A DNA stretch of 64,000 nt from Candidatus Latescibacterota bacterium (GCA_965204375.1 OZ241986.1:5568001-5632000); one strand, 5' to 3'. Shown: positions 19,788-29,791, numbered from the stretch's first letter. A program made the numbers and translations. Notes: a model not told the origin generated them from the sequence alone.

Positions 19788-20594
19788 ATGCAAGTCATAC
19801 CTTCTGGCGGCGCACTGGGCGCGGAAATTCGGGGGCTTGATCTTTCGCAGGCACTCGACGATGATACCGTCCGGGCGATTCGCCAGGCATTGCTCGATTA
19901 CTGTGTGGTGTATTTTCGCGATCAGGATTTGAGTGAGGAAGATCAGATTCGCTTTACCAATTATTTTGGTCGCGCGGTAGAACACGTTCGCAAACAACTC
20001 GACCGAGAACACAAAGAGATTTTTATTGTTTCCAATATCGAGGAGAACGGCCAGCCAATCGGTGCTCTGGGCGATGGGGAGGTTAGCTTTCACTCCGATT
20101 TGTCGTATCTCAAGCGACCGGGCACGATTTCCGTTCTCTATGCGCTTGAGATTCCCAGTACTGGGGGCAATACCCAGTGGTGCAATTGTTATGCCGCGTA
20201 TGAAGCGTTAGATGAAGATATGAAAAAACGGCTCACAGGGTTGCGAGCCGTGCATCGCCATTATGTTGAGGAACAAAACCCACCCGAGCGCATTGACCAT
20301 CCGGTCGTGCGCACCCATCCAGAGACCGGGCGCAAGTCGCTTTATGCAGGTCCCCATCTGACCAAATATATTCTCGATATGCCTACCGATGAAAGCGACG
20401 CGCTTCTCAAGACACTTTTTGAGCACGCCGCCCGTCCCGAATTTTTGTGGACCCATATCTGGCAGATCGGCGATCTGGTGATGTGGGACAACCGCCCCAC
20501 AATGCATCGCCGCGAACCCTTTCCACCATCGGAACGCCGTATGATGAAACGCACGCAGGTTTTTAATGCGGATGATATTCCGTTTGAAGCGTGA
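19788..20594 (+). CDS. TauD/TfdA family 2-oxoglutarate dioxygenase
   Basis: HSD, HPVVRTHPETGRK, WDNR..MHR. Confidence 0.92.
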   Translation: MQVIPSGGALGAEIRGLDLSQALDDDTVRAIRQALLDYCVVYFRDQDLSEEDQIRFTNYFGRAVEHVRKQLDREHKEIFIVSNIEENGQPIGALGDGEVSFHSDLSYLKRPGTISVLYALEIPSTGGNTQWCNCYAAYEALDEDMKKRLTGLRAVHRHYVEEQNPPERIDHPVVRTHPETGRKSLYAGPHLTKYILDMPTDESDALLKTLFEHAARPEFLWTHIWQIGDLVMWDNRPTMHRREPFPPSERRMMKRTQVFNADDIPFEA

Positions 20595-20716
20595 TCCACA
20601 GATGAACGCAGATGAACGCAGATGAAAAAGAGGGGCTGTGAAGCGTGAAGAAGGGACAAAAATCTTTCGTCCGATTCTCTCAATTCTTAATTCCTAATTC
20701 CTAATTCCTAATTCCC
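20585..20716. repeat. Mosaic short tandem repeats between convergent genes
   Basis: (CAGATGAACG)x~3 flanked by TGAAGCGTGA copies at 20585 and 20639; (TAATTCC)x4 near 20688-20716. Confidence 0.8.
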
Positions 20717-21606
20717 TACACCCGATGCAGATGGGTTCCCTTACTCTCCCGCAGGTCTGTTATCCACCGCGTACACCATTCGTCAAAGCTGTTTTGTACA
20801 GATGCGGGATTTTCTTTGCTCTGGACGATAAATTCGGGCCAGAATGGTCGTCCCGTAGGTGTGCCCGTTTTTTGAAATCGCAGGTCCATGCTCCAGCGCA
20901 CCAGATTGGAGCGGTTTGGCTGGCCTCTGTGCGGGGTGTACGCACTCATCATGAGTACGTCGCCGCGTTTCATTATGCAGTTTACGGGTTCGATTTCCGG
21001 CATGTACATGGGTTTGATCATGGTGCCGCCTTCGCGCTGGTGTTCGAGCAGTCCCATGGGTACTACACCCGGCAGTACCTGTAGGCATCCGCGTTCTGGG
21101 GTGACATCTACCAGAGGGATCCAGCAGGTTATGATTTCCGAGATGTCCGCTTCTTCTTTTGTTACGCCTTGGTCCTGATGCCAGGGTACCTGTCCTGGTT
21201 GTTTGTCGCGCGCGGGCAAGTAGGGGCGGAAATGCTGAATTGGACTCAGGGTTATTTCTGGTCCAATGAGGCATTCGACTGCGGATAATAATTGTTCGTT
21301 GAAGAAGATGTCGAACATTGGTTTCACACGCGCGCGCATGATGTCGAATCCACCCGCAAAACTGCGCAGTGCGTCATATCCCTCATCGTCTAATTCCCGT
21401 GCAATCGCGGCTAAGCGATGGCTAAAGGATTTGTCTGCATGTACGGATGAGATCGACCCTTCTTCCAATAGTTCTTGCGCTTTTTGATTGATTAGTACGT
21501 CATAAGCGTGTTCAATCGGTTCAAAGGCCGCGTCATCTAATACATTTTCCGCAATCGTGAATCCCCGATCGCGATACTGATTAATTTGATTTTGTGTCAG
21601 TGACAT
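20716..21606 (-). CDS. Phytanoyl-CoA dioxygenase (PhyH) family
   Basis: PWHQD, WIPL..., GCL.V.PG, TPH, RWS.DLR. Confidence 0.9.
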   Translation of the reverse strand: MSLTQNQINQYRDRGFTIAENVLDDAAFEPIEHAYDVLINQKAQELLEEGSISSVHADKSFSHRLAAIARELDDEGYDALRSFAGGFDIMRARVKPMFDIFFNEQLLSAVECLIGPEITLSPIQHFRPYLPARDKQPGQVPWHQDQGVTKEEADISEIITCWIPLVDVTPERGCLQVLPGVVPMGLLEHQREGGTMIKPMYMPEIEPVNCIMKRGDVLMMSAYTPHRGQPNRSNLVRWSMDLRFQKTGTPTGRPFWPEFIVQSKENPASVQNSFDEWCTRWITDLRESKGTHLHRV

Positions 21607-21656
21607 GGTGTGTTTTCTCCTGAGGAAAATGGCGGGTTGACGCATCGTTATTTTAG

Positions 21657-22370
21657 CTATCGCAATACGATTTCGACCCGCGCTACGCCTTTTACATTTG
21701 CACAGCGGTCGTCGTGTCCAGGTATGATCAGTCGCAGGGGTCCGCCATAGCTGGCGGGCAGGGGTTGTCCTTCCAGTCCGTAGATTAATAATCCCTGTTC
21801 TCGGACGAGGGCGAGATCGACGGTGGCGGAAAAACGGTCGGCGTCTGCGTAAAAGATTGCGTCTGCATTGGGTGTGTGGTCCAATACTTCGCGTACCCAA
21901 ACGCCCTGTCCCTGACGGTCGGGGACGAGTGTGCTTATATCGGCGATCTGATCTGGTAGTGTGGCGAAATTTTCAAAGTCGAGGGTTCGAGAGGTATTCG
22001 GTGTCTCTATTGTTAATATGGGTGTGTTCCGCGTACTTTTCAGTGCTGCTGCCATGCGGTCCTGGATCATGTCGAATAAGCGGGGGTCACCGCCCAATGG
22101 ATTGGTGAGGAGGATGCGTGTTTGTGGGTTTTCATTTTGGAGAGATGCGATGCGTTGTAACAGGTTTTCGCGTATTGCATCGGGCAGGGCGATTAGTGCG
22201 GGGAATATGAGGATTTGGTCGATGCCTTCACTGGTACGCACGCTTTCTTCCCATTTATCAAATGATGTGGCTACTACCTGATCGGCGATTTTGGCGTCGG
22301 TTGCCGCGTTGATAAATTGGCGAGATATCTGCGTTTCGCTTTCCACACATATTAAGAGTAATATTTTCAC
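21657..22370 (-). CDS. CbiX-like N-domain fused to a molybdopterin-oxidoreductase-like domain
   Basis: N-terminal ...LTNPLGGDPRL (CbiX-like); C-terminal YGGPLRLIIPG..NVKGV. Confidence 0.55.
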   Translation of the reverse strand: MKILLLICVESETQISRQFINAATDAKIADQVVATSFDKWEESVRTSEGIDQILIFPALIALPDAIRENLLQRIASLQNENPQTRILLTNPLGGDPRLFDMIQDRMAAALKSTRNTPILTIETPNTSRTLDFENFATLPDQIADISTLVPDRQGQGVWVREVLDHTPNADAIFYADADRFSATVDLALVREQGLLIYGLEGQPLPASYGGPLRLIIPGHDDRCANVKGVARVEIVLR

Positions 22371-22428
22371 GATATTCGCGTCCTATTCAGACGACGCTCG
22401 GCAAAAGTGATAATAACTGGTTACCATC

Positions 22429-22566
22429 ATGCATCCGATTATTCCATTTGAAAACCTGCCTTTAGGCGTCCAGATTTTTTTTGTTCTCACGTCCGCTTTC
22501 ATCTTAGGCGGTATTGGATATATCTTGTGGCAGATGATCCGCGCAATTCGCGATAAAAGAGAATGA
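22429..22566 (+). CDS. 45-aa single-TM small protein (not in ORF track)
   Basis: MHPIIPFENLPLGVQIFFVLTSAFILGGIGYILWQMIRAIRDKRE; fills the intergenic gap. Confidence 0.5.
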   Translation: MHPIIPFENLPLGVQIFFVLTSAFILGGIGYILWQMIRAIRDKRE

Positions 22567-22591
22567 TGGTCGCTCTACCTCTTACTTGCTT

Positions 22592-23431
22592 TCAAACAGC
22601 CATTTCCGCGCGGATGGTGTCGTGGTGCTGATAGTTGATGAGTTCAAAGTCGTCCATTTCAAAATGGTCGATTTCGGTTTGTCCGCGGTCTTTTATCCGC
22701 AATTTGGGCAGGGGATATGGTTTGCGAGATAGTTGTTCTTTTACTGCGTCGAGGTGGTTTAAGTAGATGTGCGCGTCGCCGAGGATATGGATAAATTCGC
22801 AGGGTACGAGGCTCGTAATTTTTGCGACCATGTGCAATAACACGGAATAGGATGCGATGTTGAGCGGTACGCCTAAAAACATGTCGCACGACCGCTGGTA
22901 CATTTGTAGGGATAATTTGCCTTCTGCGACGTAAAATTGGTAGAAGTTGTGACACGGGGGCAGGGCCACGTCCCGAGTGCCTATTTCTGCTGCGTTCCAG
23001 GCATCGACCATGATGCGTCGGGATTCGGGGTTTTCTCGGATTAAATTAATCGCATTTTGAAGCTGATCGACCACTTTGCCGTTGGCGCCTTTCCATCGCC
23101 GCCACTGTACACCGTAAATGCGCCCCATGCTGCCGTCGTTTTTGTCTATTCCCAGGCGGTTCAAATAGTCCTCGTAATTGCCATCCCACAGTCGGTTGCT
23201 TTTCAAATAGGTTTTTAAGTCGTAGATGTTGTCGGATCCGGATATAAACCACAGGAGTTCCGATAGGATTGATTTCCACACCAGTCGCTTGGTGGTTACT
23301 GCGGGAAATCCATCTGCCATTGCATAGCGCGCATGCAGACCAAAACACGAGATTGTGCCCACGCCCGTGCGGTCCCCCTTTTTGATGCCGTGGTTGAGGA
23401 CATATTGCAGTTGATTGAGATATGTGTGCAT
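22592..23431 (-). CDS. thyA: Thymidylate synthase
   Basis: DRTG.GT, YGVQWR, LPPCH, YQRSCD..LGVP.N, HIY.NH. Confidence 0.98.
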   Translation of the reverse strand: MHTYLNQLQYVLNHGIKKGDRTGVGTISCFGLHARYAMADGFPAVTTKRLVWKSILSELLWFISGSDNIYDLKTYLKSNRLWDGNYEDYLNRLGIDKNDGSMGRIYGVQWRRWKGANGKVVDQLQNAINLIRENPESRRIMVDAWNAAEIGTRDVALPPCHNFYQFYVAEGKLSLQMYQRSCDMFLGVPLNIASYSVLLHMVAKITSLVPCEFIHILGDAHIYLNHLDAVKEQLSRKPYPLPKLRIKDRGQTEIDHFEMDDFELINYQHHDTIRAEMAV

Positions 23432-23478
23432 GATGACCCCCAGTGCTAAGAATATAATAATAAAGAGGTTTTGCCTAA

Positions 23479-24249
23479 TTATCCATTGACCGTTTTGCCA
23501 AAAGATTCCACGAAGATGAGGAAGTCGGAAATGTCAATGGTTCCATTGTTGTCGAGGTCAAATTTTGGATCGAAGTTCTCCTGTCCGCTCTGGGTTCCAA
23601 ACACTTGAACAAAAAGCAAAAAGTCTGTGATCCCGACCTGTCCATCGCCATCAAAGTCGGTAGTTAGCATACTCGGCGTTCCCGTATCTGTCGTTTTCGA
23701 AAAAGTGATCACGATCTTAATGGGATCATCTGGTGGAACGTGCTGAGAAAGTGCGCCCATTGCCAGGCCTCTTACAGATTCGGGTAATGAAGCCAATAAT
23801 TCTTCTAAAAGAAGTGGGCGTATGATATGCAGTGAATCCACCGTCGCTGTGTACGTATAATTGAGTGGGTCTTCATTTTCCCGCATTATGGTGAGTGCAT
23901 GGGTATCGGACGCAATCGTGTAATTACCTGTGTATTGGCTCGTATCGAGGACAGTGACCGTAAGCGGAACCAATAATACCGCAGAGATATTGGTCGCTGT
24001 TCTGTAGTCCGCTTGGACCTTGCCATCGGCACTAAAAGCTATTGTGCCGTTGATCCCGCCTTCAACTGTAAGAGGCGATACAAACTGCACGAGCCCGGCG
24101 GGGACATAAGCGTTTAGCGCAATCTTCTCAGCTACCCAGGAACCGACGATATCGCCGCCTTGAGGCGTGGGGGTTTCTGGCAGTAATCCCGCGTCTGCCT
24201 GTCCAAATGTTATGACTGTCATCACAAGTAGAACACAGTTTCTCAGCAT
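23479..24249 (-). CDS. Secreted protein with C-terminal EF-hand/dockerin-like repeats
   Basis: Signal peptide; DFDGDGQVGITDFL.F and DLDNNGTIDISDFL.F. Confidence 0.75.
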   Translation of the reverse strand: MLRNCVLLVMTVITFGQADAGLLPETPTPQGGDIVGSWVAEKIALNAYVPAGLVQFVSPLTVEGGINGTIAFSADGKVQADYRTATNISAVLLVPLTVTVLDTSQYTGNYTIASDTHALTIMRENEDPLNYTYTATVDSLHIIRPLLLEELLASLPESVRGLAMGALSQHVPPDDPIKIVITFSKTTDTGTPSMLTTDFDGDGQVGITDFLLFVQVFGTQSGQENFDPKFDLDNNGTIDISDFLIFVESFGKTVNG

Positions 24250-24250
24250 C

Positions 24251-24877
24251 TTAAACCGCTCCAGGCCTGGGATTGATTCCATACAGCTTGAAATATTTTT
24301 CTATTTCTTGCCCCAAACGACGTTTGGCATAATCATCTATTCTTCCTATGAATCCTGAAAGAACGACTGCAAAATCGTGCTTGCCGTTTTGCACTCTATA
24401 TGAAGTGTGTTTCTGTCGTGTTGTCTCAGGTGGATATAATTCAAGTAATTTGCGACTTACGTCTGCGCCATTACAGATAATAATCTTCGGTTTGTACGTT
24501 TCAATCTGTTGTTCCAAATACCCGCTACAGTTGGCGATGATTTCCTTCCTACCACCTCTTTGCATTTTTTTGGGTGGAAATTCGTTGGCGTAACACTTTA
24601 CCAGATCTGTATGTGCGGCGCCATTGGGGTGGCCCAAAATTTTATGGAGGCCTGGAGATACTTTCTTGAAATCATCAAAATATTCGTGAACGTTATTGCT
24701 TTGAAAATATTCTCTCAATTGGAGGATATCCTTCTTGTCATTATGCCCTTCAGTGCCCTTGGGGTTGAGACCTATTATCCAAACAGGTGCTTCACTTGCA
24801 CCATCAACTGCTTCTATGGGAGAATATTGTCGCTCAAAAAAGAGGCCGTGTTTTTTACACTTCAAGCATCTTTCCAT
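24251..24877 (-). CDS. Uracil-DNA glycosylase superfamily protein
   Basis: CxxC, IIGLNP, TDLVKC, C..YLEQQI...PKIII..G. Confidence 0.75.
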   Translation of the reverse strand: MERCLKCKKHGLFFERQYSPIEAVDGASEAPVWIIGLNPKGTEGHNDKKDILQLREYFQSNNVHEYFDDFKKVSPGLHKILGHPNGAAHTDLVKCYANEFPPKKMQRGGRKEIIANCSGYLEQQIETYKPKIIICNGADVSRKLLELYPPETTRQKHTSYRVQNGKHDFAVVLSGFIGRIDDYAKRRLGQEIEKYFKLYGINPRPGAV

Positions 24878-24931
24878 TGATATTGGTCCTTTGCGAAAAA
24901 AATATATAGGCCACATTTACCCAAAATGACA

Positions 24932-25031
24932 ATGCCTACACTTCTTGTAGAGATTTGGCGGCAAAGATCGTTAGGCGCAATTCTTCGTCGAACAATTCAT
25001 AAACAGGCGTTTGCTCGCTGAGGGTCTCGCT
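24932..25031 (-). repeat. 100-bp copy of the 3' end of the AlbA_2 ATPase gene (26663-26762)
   Basis: 96/100 identity by manual alignment, same orientation. Confidence 0.92.
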
Positions 25032-25244
25032 GAGGTAACAGCGTACGATCACTTACTGGGCGTACGATCAGCCACGAAAGATCTTCCAGCGCAGGTAGAA
25101 GTACATTCCGACGTTGTCCCTCTTGCAACTCTGCCACTACCGCTTCCGGGATGTACACTTGCCCGGCGGTGCGGGTAGCAATTCCAACACGTCAGCTTGG
25201 TACAGATACTGAATTGGAGACGTATTACAGATGACGACGGGCAC
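25032..25244 (-). pseudogene. DUF3368-like PIN toxin remnant
   Basis: VPVVICNTSPIQYL...YIPEAVVAEL, with a frameshift near 25170. Truncated at the 100-bp repeat. Confidence 0.7.
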
Positions 25245-25487
25245 TGTCTAAGTCCTGTTGGAGGTCGTCCTCGGTCAGTTGGAAGGTATCGACGCCATAT
25301 TCGGCGAGCTTTGTCAAAAATAAGGGTTTGGGAATACCAGCGAGCTTGGCTGCCCCTCCCGAGGACAAACGGCCCAACTCGTAGAGCTTGATGGCGATGA
25401 GGAGCTTGGCCTCTTCGCTGAACTGCTTGGGGGTATATCCGCTAGCAGGACCTCGTCACTGTAGTCAATGGTCAATGTTCTCTTCAT
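25225..25487 (-). pseudogene. UPF0175-like antitoxin, frameshifted
   Basis: MKRTLTIDYSDEVLLA / KLYELGRLSSGRAAKLAGIPK..FL split by a frameshift near 25440. Confidence 0.75.
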
Positions 25488-25600
25488 CGCGTCGTGCCTC
25501 TTTGAATGCGCTGTTGAATTGGGCGAATCAATCACCCGCCGCGCCCTTTAATTTGCACAGCGGTTGCCAACTCTTAAAGTTGCGTAACATCAGTGAGGAA

Positions 25601-26659
25601 TCAAGCGTCTTCTTCATTGCGTTCGTCCATAAAGGTATCCACTGCTGGGGTGGCAACCTCAATGAAACGCCTGAGTGTATCAGCCAGCGTTTCAGCGAAA
25701 TCGTCGTTCAGTTCATGACTGCCGAAATCAACTCGGATTCGACTCTCTTTTCTGTCGTGTAATTTGTCTTCTTGAATATCCAGGTTATCTAGGATGCTTA
25801 TCAGTGTATAGGCTTCATCTCCTAAACTTTTTTTTACGTAAAAGATGTGGTATTTGATTGCGACGAATGCATCGGTGCAGGATTCTGTATCCCCAGATGG
25901 ATTGATCCCGATTTCGTAGCTGAGTGCCCAAGGTGCCCCTTTTTCCCAGGGTGATCGCGAATACCATAAACGGTAAGAGCGGTGGCCTTCCTTGTGTTCG
26001 TTTGCCTGGGTGCTATTCTTGTCCGGCTTGATTTTTTCAGGCAGTCCGTCAGTAGCCAATAATGCGACTTTCCTGACAAAGTGCGTCACATCACCATTTG
26101 TTAGGTCGCTGTTTCGCATCGCACGATCCTCACGCCTCTGGAGATGTGTGCGAAAGTCATCTACGATGGTATTTTGCGTATCCTGAAATCCGTTCAGAAC
26201 ATCAAGGAGATCACGACGTAGAAAGTGGCCGCATTTGTCTTTGGGCGGGAGTTCTTCTTTTGATACGTTTCCTGTCTTGAGATACACTGGGACCAAATGA
26301 TCATAGCTACCCCTGTACCTTTTTTCTACGGTCTCTGTATAGCGTTCAATCTGGTTCGAGTGCTCTGTAGTGCTTACTTTGTCTTCGATGAGCAGGATGA
26401 TCCTGTTGGCATTTTTATCTATGTTGATTTCGACGAGAATGTCAATGTCGTTAACCTGAGTTTTAATATGAAGCGTCTCGATGAGTGGGAGACCTACCTC
26501 TTGAGTCCGAAGAAGTGAACGCAACAGTTCGGTGCCGAGGGCATGGAAATGCGGATGAGATTCGCGATATGTCGGGTCGGCCCACGCCAATATGTAGGCG
26601 ATGGTGGCGTCTTGTGCAAGTTCCTTTGTTGCGAATTCGTATAGATTAGGGATAGTCAT
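25601..26659 (-). CDS. PD-(D/E)XK nuclease (PDDEXK_4-like)
   Basis: KELAQDA, IDILV, LLIEDK, NQIERY. Confidence 0.8.
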   Translation of the reverse strand: MTIPNLYEFATKELAQDATIAYILAWADPTYRESHPHFHALGTELLRSLLRTQEVGLPLIETLHIKTQVNDIDILVEINIDKNANRIILLIEDKVSTTEHSNQIERYTETVEKRYRGSYDHLVPVYLKTGNVSKEELPPKDKCGHFLRRDLLDVLNGFQDTQNTIVDDFRTHLQRREDRAMRNSDLTNGDVTHFVRKVALLATDGLPEKIKPDKNSTQANEHKEGHRSYRLWYSRSPWEKGAPWALSYEIGINPSGDTESCTDAFVAIKYHIFYVKKSLGDEAYTLISILDNLDIQEDKLHDRKESRIRVDFGSHELNDDFAETLADTLRRFIEVATPAVDTFMDERNEEDA

Positions 26660-26666
26660 GCGATGC

Positions 26667-27911
26667 CTACACTTCTTGTAGAGATTTGGCGGCAAAGATC
26701 GTCAAGCGCAATTCTTCGTCGAACAATTCATAAACAGGCGTTTGACCGCTGAGGGTCTCGCTTTCGTTTAAGATGATGCCTACGCCCTCGCCTCGTCGCT
26801 CCAAAAAGTGTCGCCGGGTTACTTGTCTGCTCATTGTGTCATGCAAGGTGATTTCCGAGAGTAAGCGGGCGAGCAACTCATTGCGGGTGGCCTGTGCATA
26901 ACGCAAATTTTCTACTGTCACGGTGTTTGCCAATGCGCCAGGCGAATAGAGTTCGAGCCTGTCTGAAAACATGAACAACCGAATTTTCGAGCCAATTTTT
27001 GAGTAATCTCTGTGTACAACAGCGTTCACCAGGGCTTCAAAAACGGCTCGCATGCTGTATTGTGGTCGCTCAATTCTGCCAATGTCTTTGCGCGCTGATA
27101 CCTCATTGAATTTTTCGACAAATTTGAAGGCGTCTATGATCTGTTGGTCCAGGGGGCCCTTACAATCTTTGGCATCGATCTGGTAGTTTGCGTCCCTTTC
27201 CTTACTCCGATAAAAAACAGCTTGAATGAAACTGTTGTAGAGGTATTCATCGGGATTGTCATGGCACATTAACACACCGGCGACCGATGCGCGGTATTCT
27301 CGACCCTCTTTCACGAGCAAACGCCTTTTAAGCAGATCTTCGACTTCCTGATCGGGGAAGCCTTTGGGGATAAATCGCTGATAGAGGTCTTGTCTTAGTG
27401 TGTCTTTATTCGTGTTCGGTACGAACTGTTCATCAAAAGAGATAATACGCGCTTGTGAGCGAGCTTGTAACAATCTGCCCAATTGCTCCGTCGTCATTTT
27501 GCGCCTGGTATCCCCTTGTCGTAAAAAGAATCCGTTGCTGCTTTGATGTGCCCACAAGCTCCGTGTAATATTGATATAAACCAGTGTTTTTTGTTCTCCT
27601 GTCTCATCGGAAACCCGGATACTATCTACGAAATAATCTATGAGAGGAGGTTCTACAAGGTCGTGGCATATTTCCGTAATAAAATGAATCAGTTTCGGAA
27701 CATTTTCGATATCGATACCGAGGATTTCCCGATTATCGGAAACGCCGAAGATCACGACTCCCCCTTGCTGATTCGCAAAAGCTGCGATCTCATCGGATAG
27801 CCCATCCCGATGCGGCCTGAATTGTCCACCAACAAGTTTTACTTCTTTGAATTCAACACCGGAGCTTTCTCCCGATTGGATTTTTTCCAATATTTCTCGT
27901 TCGCTGAGCAT
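26667..27911 (-). CDS. AlbA_2 (Schlafen-like) + HATPase_c_4 protein
   Basis: GES..VEFK, AFAN..GG...FGV.D, EALVNAVVHRDYS, RLELYSPG, ERRGEGV. Confidence 0.9.
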   Translation of the reverse strand: MLSEREILEKIQSGESSGVEFKEVKLVGGQFRPHRDGLSDEIAAFANQQGGVVIFGVSDNREILGIDIENVPKLIHFITEICHDLVEPPLIDYFVDSIRVSDETGEQKTLVYINITRSLWAHQSSNGFFLRQGDTRRKMTTEQLGRLLQARSQARIISFDEQFVPNTNKDTLRQDLYQRFIPKGFPDQEVEDLLKRRLLVKEGREYRASVAGVLMCHDNPDEYLYNSFIQAVFYRSKERDANYQIDAKDCKGPLDQQIIDAFKFVEKFNEVSARKDIGRIERPQYSMRAVFEALVNAVVHRDYSKIGSKIRLFMFSDRLELYSPGALANTVTVENLRYAQATRNELLARLLSEITLHDTMSRQVTRRHFLERRGEGVGIILNESETLSGQTPVYELFDEELRLTIFAAKSLQEV

Positions 27912-27969
27912 ATCAATTCTCCAGATGAATACGCTTGGCACATGCTCAAACGCCTACACTAAGAAGATC

Positions 27970-28434
27970 TTACTTCCTACGCTCATAATATACGACTGTG
28001 AATTGATCATACACCTCTTTTTTTGATATGATCCATTCATTTTCGTCAAATTCGGGGAAGTATTCATCGCCTGGGTATTCATCTTCGATGTACGATAGGA
28101 TCATCCGGTCGGCTTTTGATAGCGTGGCACGATAAATTTCGCCGCCTCCGCAGATGAATACTTCGCGGCTATAGGACCTGGCTTTTTCGATGGCTTCTTC
28201 GAGCGATCTGCACACATCTACGCCTTTTGTGTCGGGCATGGTTCGGCTCACGATGACATGCAGGCGGTCCGGCAGGGGTTTGCCGCCCCAGGATTGATAT
28301 GTCTTGCGCCCTACCAATAAGATATGTCCGGTTGTTGTGCGCCGAAAGTGCTTCGATTCTTCAGAGATGTGCCAGGGCATTTTGTTGTCCCGGCCTATGA
28401 CGCGGTTTTTGTCCATTGCAGCGATAATGGTCAT
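27970..28434 (-). CDS. folA: Dihydrofolate reductase
   Basis: VIG..NKMPW, GRKTY.S, PLPDR, GGGEIY, GD.YFP. Confidence 0.97.
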   Translation of the reverse strand: MTIIAAMDKNRVIGRDNKMPWHISEESKHFRRTTTGHILLVGRKTYQSWGGKPLPDRLHVIVSRTMPDTKGVDVCRSLEEAIEKARSYSREVFICGGGEIYRATLSKADRMILSYIEDEYPGDEYFPEFDENEWIISKKEVYDQFTVVYYERRK

Positions 28435-28445
28435 GTTTTCTCCTG

Positions 28446-28585
28446 TTAGCGATCAGCTTTCAGCCCCAGTCCCTCGTCTTTAATCCGCGTCATCCTTTAA
28501 TCCGTTTAATCCGCGATCCGCCTTTCATCTGTGTGTATCTGCGAAAAACGCTCAAATTACTCGCGTTTTTTTCTGCGGATGCTTT
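28446..28585. repeat. Mosaic repeat tract at cassette end
   Basis: AGCGATCAGCTTTCAGC, (TTAATCCG)n, TCATCTGTGTGTATCTGCG, TCTGCGGATGCTTT. Confidence 0.7.
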
Positions 28586-29778
28586 TCGCTCTTCGCCCAC
28601 AGTGTCAGTCGGAGTTCGTCGCCGAATAGTTCGTACTCTGGGCGTCGGCCCGAATGTGCTTCGCCATCTTCCAGGATTTTCCGCACGCCTTCGCCGCGGG
28701 ATTCGAGGAATACCTGTCCGGTGCGCTTGCTGCGGATCCGCGATAGGAAATTGACCAACAATTGGTTGCGCGTGAATGTACGGTAAGGCATGTCGTCGAG
28801 CGTGATGGTGTTGGGCAATTTGCCGGGGCTGTATAGCTCCAGCCGGTCGGCGAACAGGAACAGGCGGATTTTCGAGCCAGCAATGGCGTAGTCGCGGTGG
28901 GCGACAGCATTGACTATGGCTTCGTCAACAACATCGAGGTCGTACGGGGGGGCAGCGTCGCGGTGCGGATGATGGCCAGCGACGAAAGCGATTCCGGCGT
29001 CGATTTGATCGGATACGGGACCGGCGAGGCGTTCGGCATGCACCAATTCATCGGATGACAGCCGGGTTCCTTCATAGCACGCGGCTTCAATGGCCCCGGA
29101 GGGGAGGAATTCGGTCGGCTCATTGGCAAAGACAAGCAGGCCAGCTATGGTCGGACGATCTACGCCGTTTTCGTCCTGGAAGGTCACCCGGGTGTTGCGC
29201 AGCAAGTCGAGATAGGGAATCGTTGGCGAGCGTCCGAAAAACGCTTCGAGCCGATTGCGGCTGAGGTCGTCAACTGTAGCGGTGAGTACAGGTTGCTCGT
29301 CGAATATGTACTCTCGGCCTCGCTGCTGGAATAGCCGTGCGAGTTCTGACGGTGTGAGGTCGCGTTTCGTGGAACCGATCCGCAGGTAATAACGCCCGCT
29401 TGATGTTCGGTGGACGTAAAGCCCGCGTGGAATTTCGGTTAGAAGTACGCATTGATCGTTTCCTGTGGTGTCCGGAAGCAATACCTTGCGCAAGATCGGT
29501 CGAATCGGCGGGTCGCAGTTGTGCGTTGCGATATTGATGACCCACTGTTCGACTGCATTGACACGCGCTGCTGGTATCCCACGCACGGTGCCCGAATCGT
29601 CGATGCCCAGAAATATCACGCCACCAGCCGCATTTGCCAGCGCAACCAACTCTGCGGCCATATCTTCGGTATTGGGTGAGATGACGCCGCGTGCCCCAAA
29701 GCGCACCTCTTTGAACTCGGCGTAGCCATCTTCCCCAGCGCGAAGTTGGTCTATAATCTGCTCTCTGCTGTCGAACAT
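28552..29778 (-). CDS. Second AlbA_2 + HATPase_c_4 protein
   Basis: GED..AEFK, ALAN..GG, EAIVNAVAHRDY, RLELYSPG, ESRGEGV. Confidence 0.9.
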   Translation of the reverse strand: MFDSREQIIDQLRAGEDGYAEFKEVRFGARGVISPNTEDMAAELVALANAAGGVIFLGIDDSGTVRGIPAARVNAVEQWVINIATHNCDPPIRPILRKVLLPDTTGNDQCVLLTEIPRGLYVHRTSSGRYYLRIGSTKRDLTPSELARLFQQRGREYIFDEQPVLTATVDDLSRNRLEAFFGRSPTIPYLDLLRNTRVTFQDENGVDRPTIAGLLVFANEPTEFLPSGAIEAACYEGTRLSSDELVHAERLAGPVSDQIDAGIAFVAGHHPHRDAAPPYDLDVVDEAIVNAVAHRDYAIAGSKIRLFLFADRLELYSPGKLPNTITLDDMPYRTFTRNQLLVNFLSRIRSKRTGQVFLESRGEGVRKILEDGEAHSGRRPEYELFGDELRLTLWAKSEKHPQKKTRVI

Positions 29779-29791
29779 CGCTCTATCTCCT

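Noticed and set aside
20594-20716. Tandem repeats as a possible CRISPR array
   Set aside because: Units are 7-10 bp with no spacers, and there are no cas genes.
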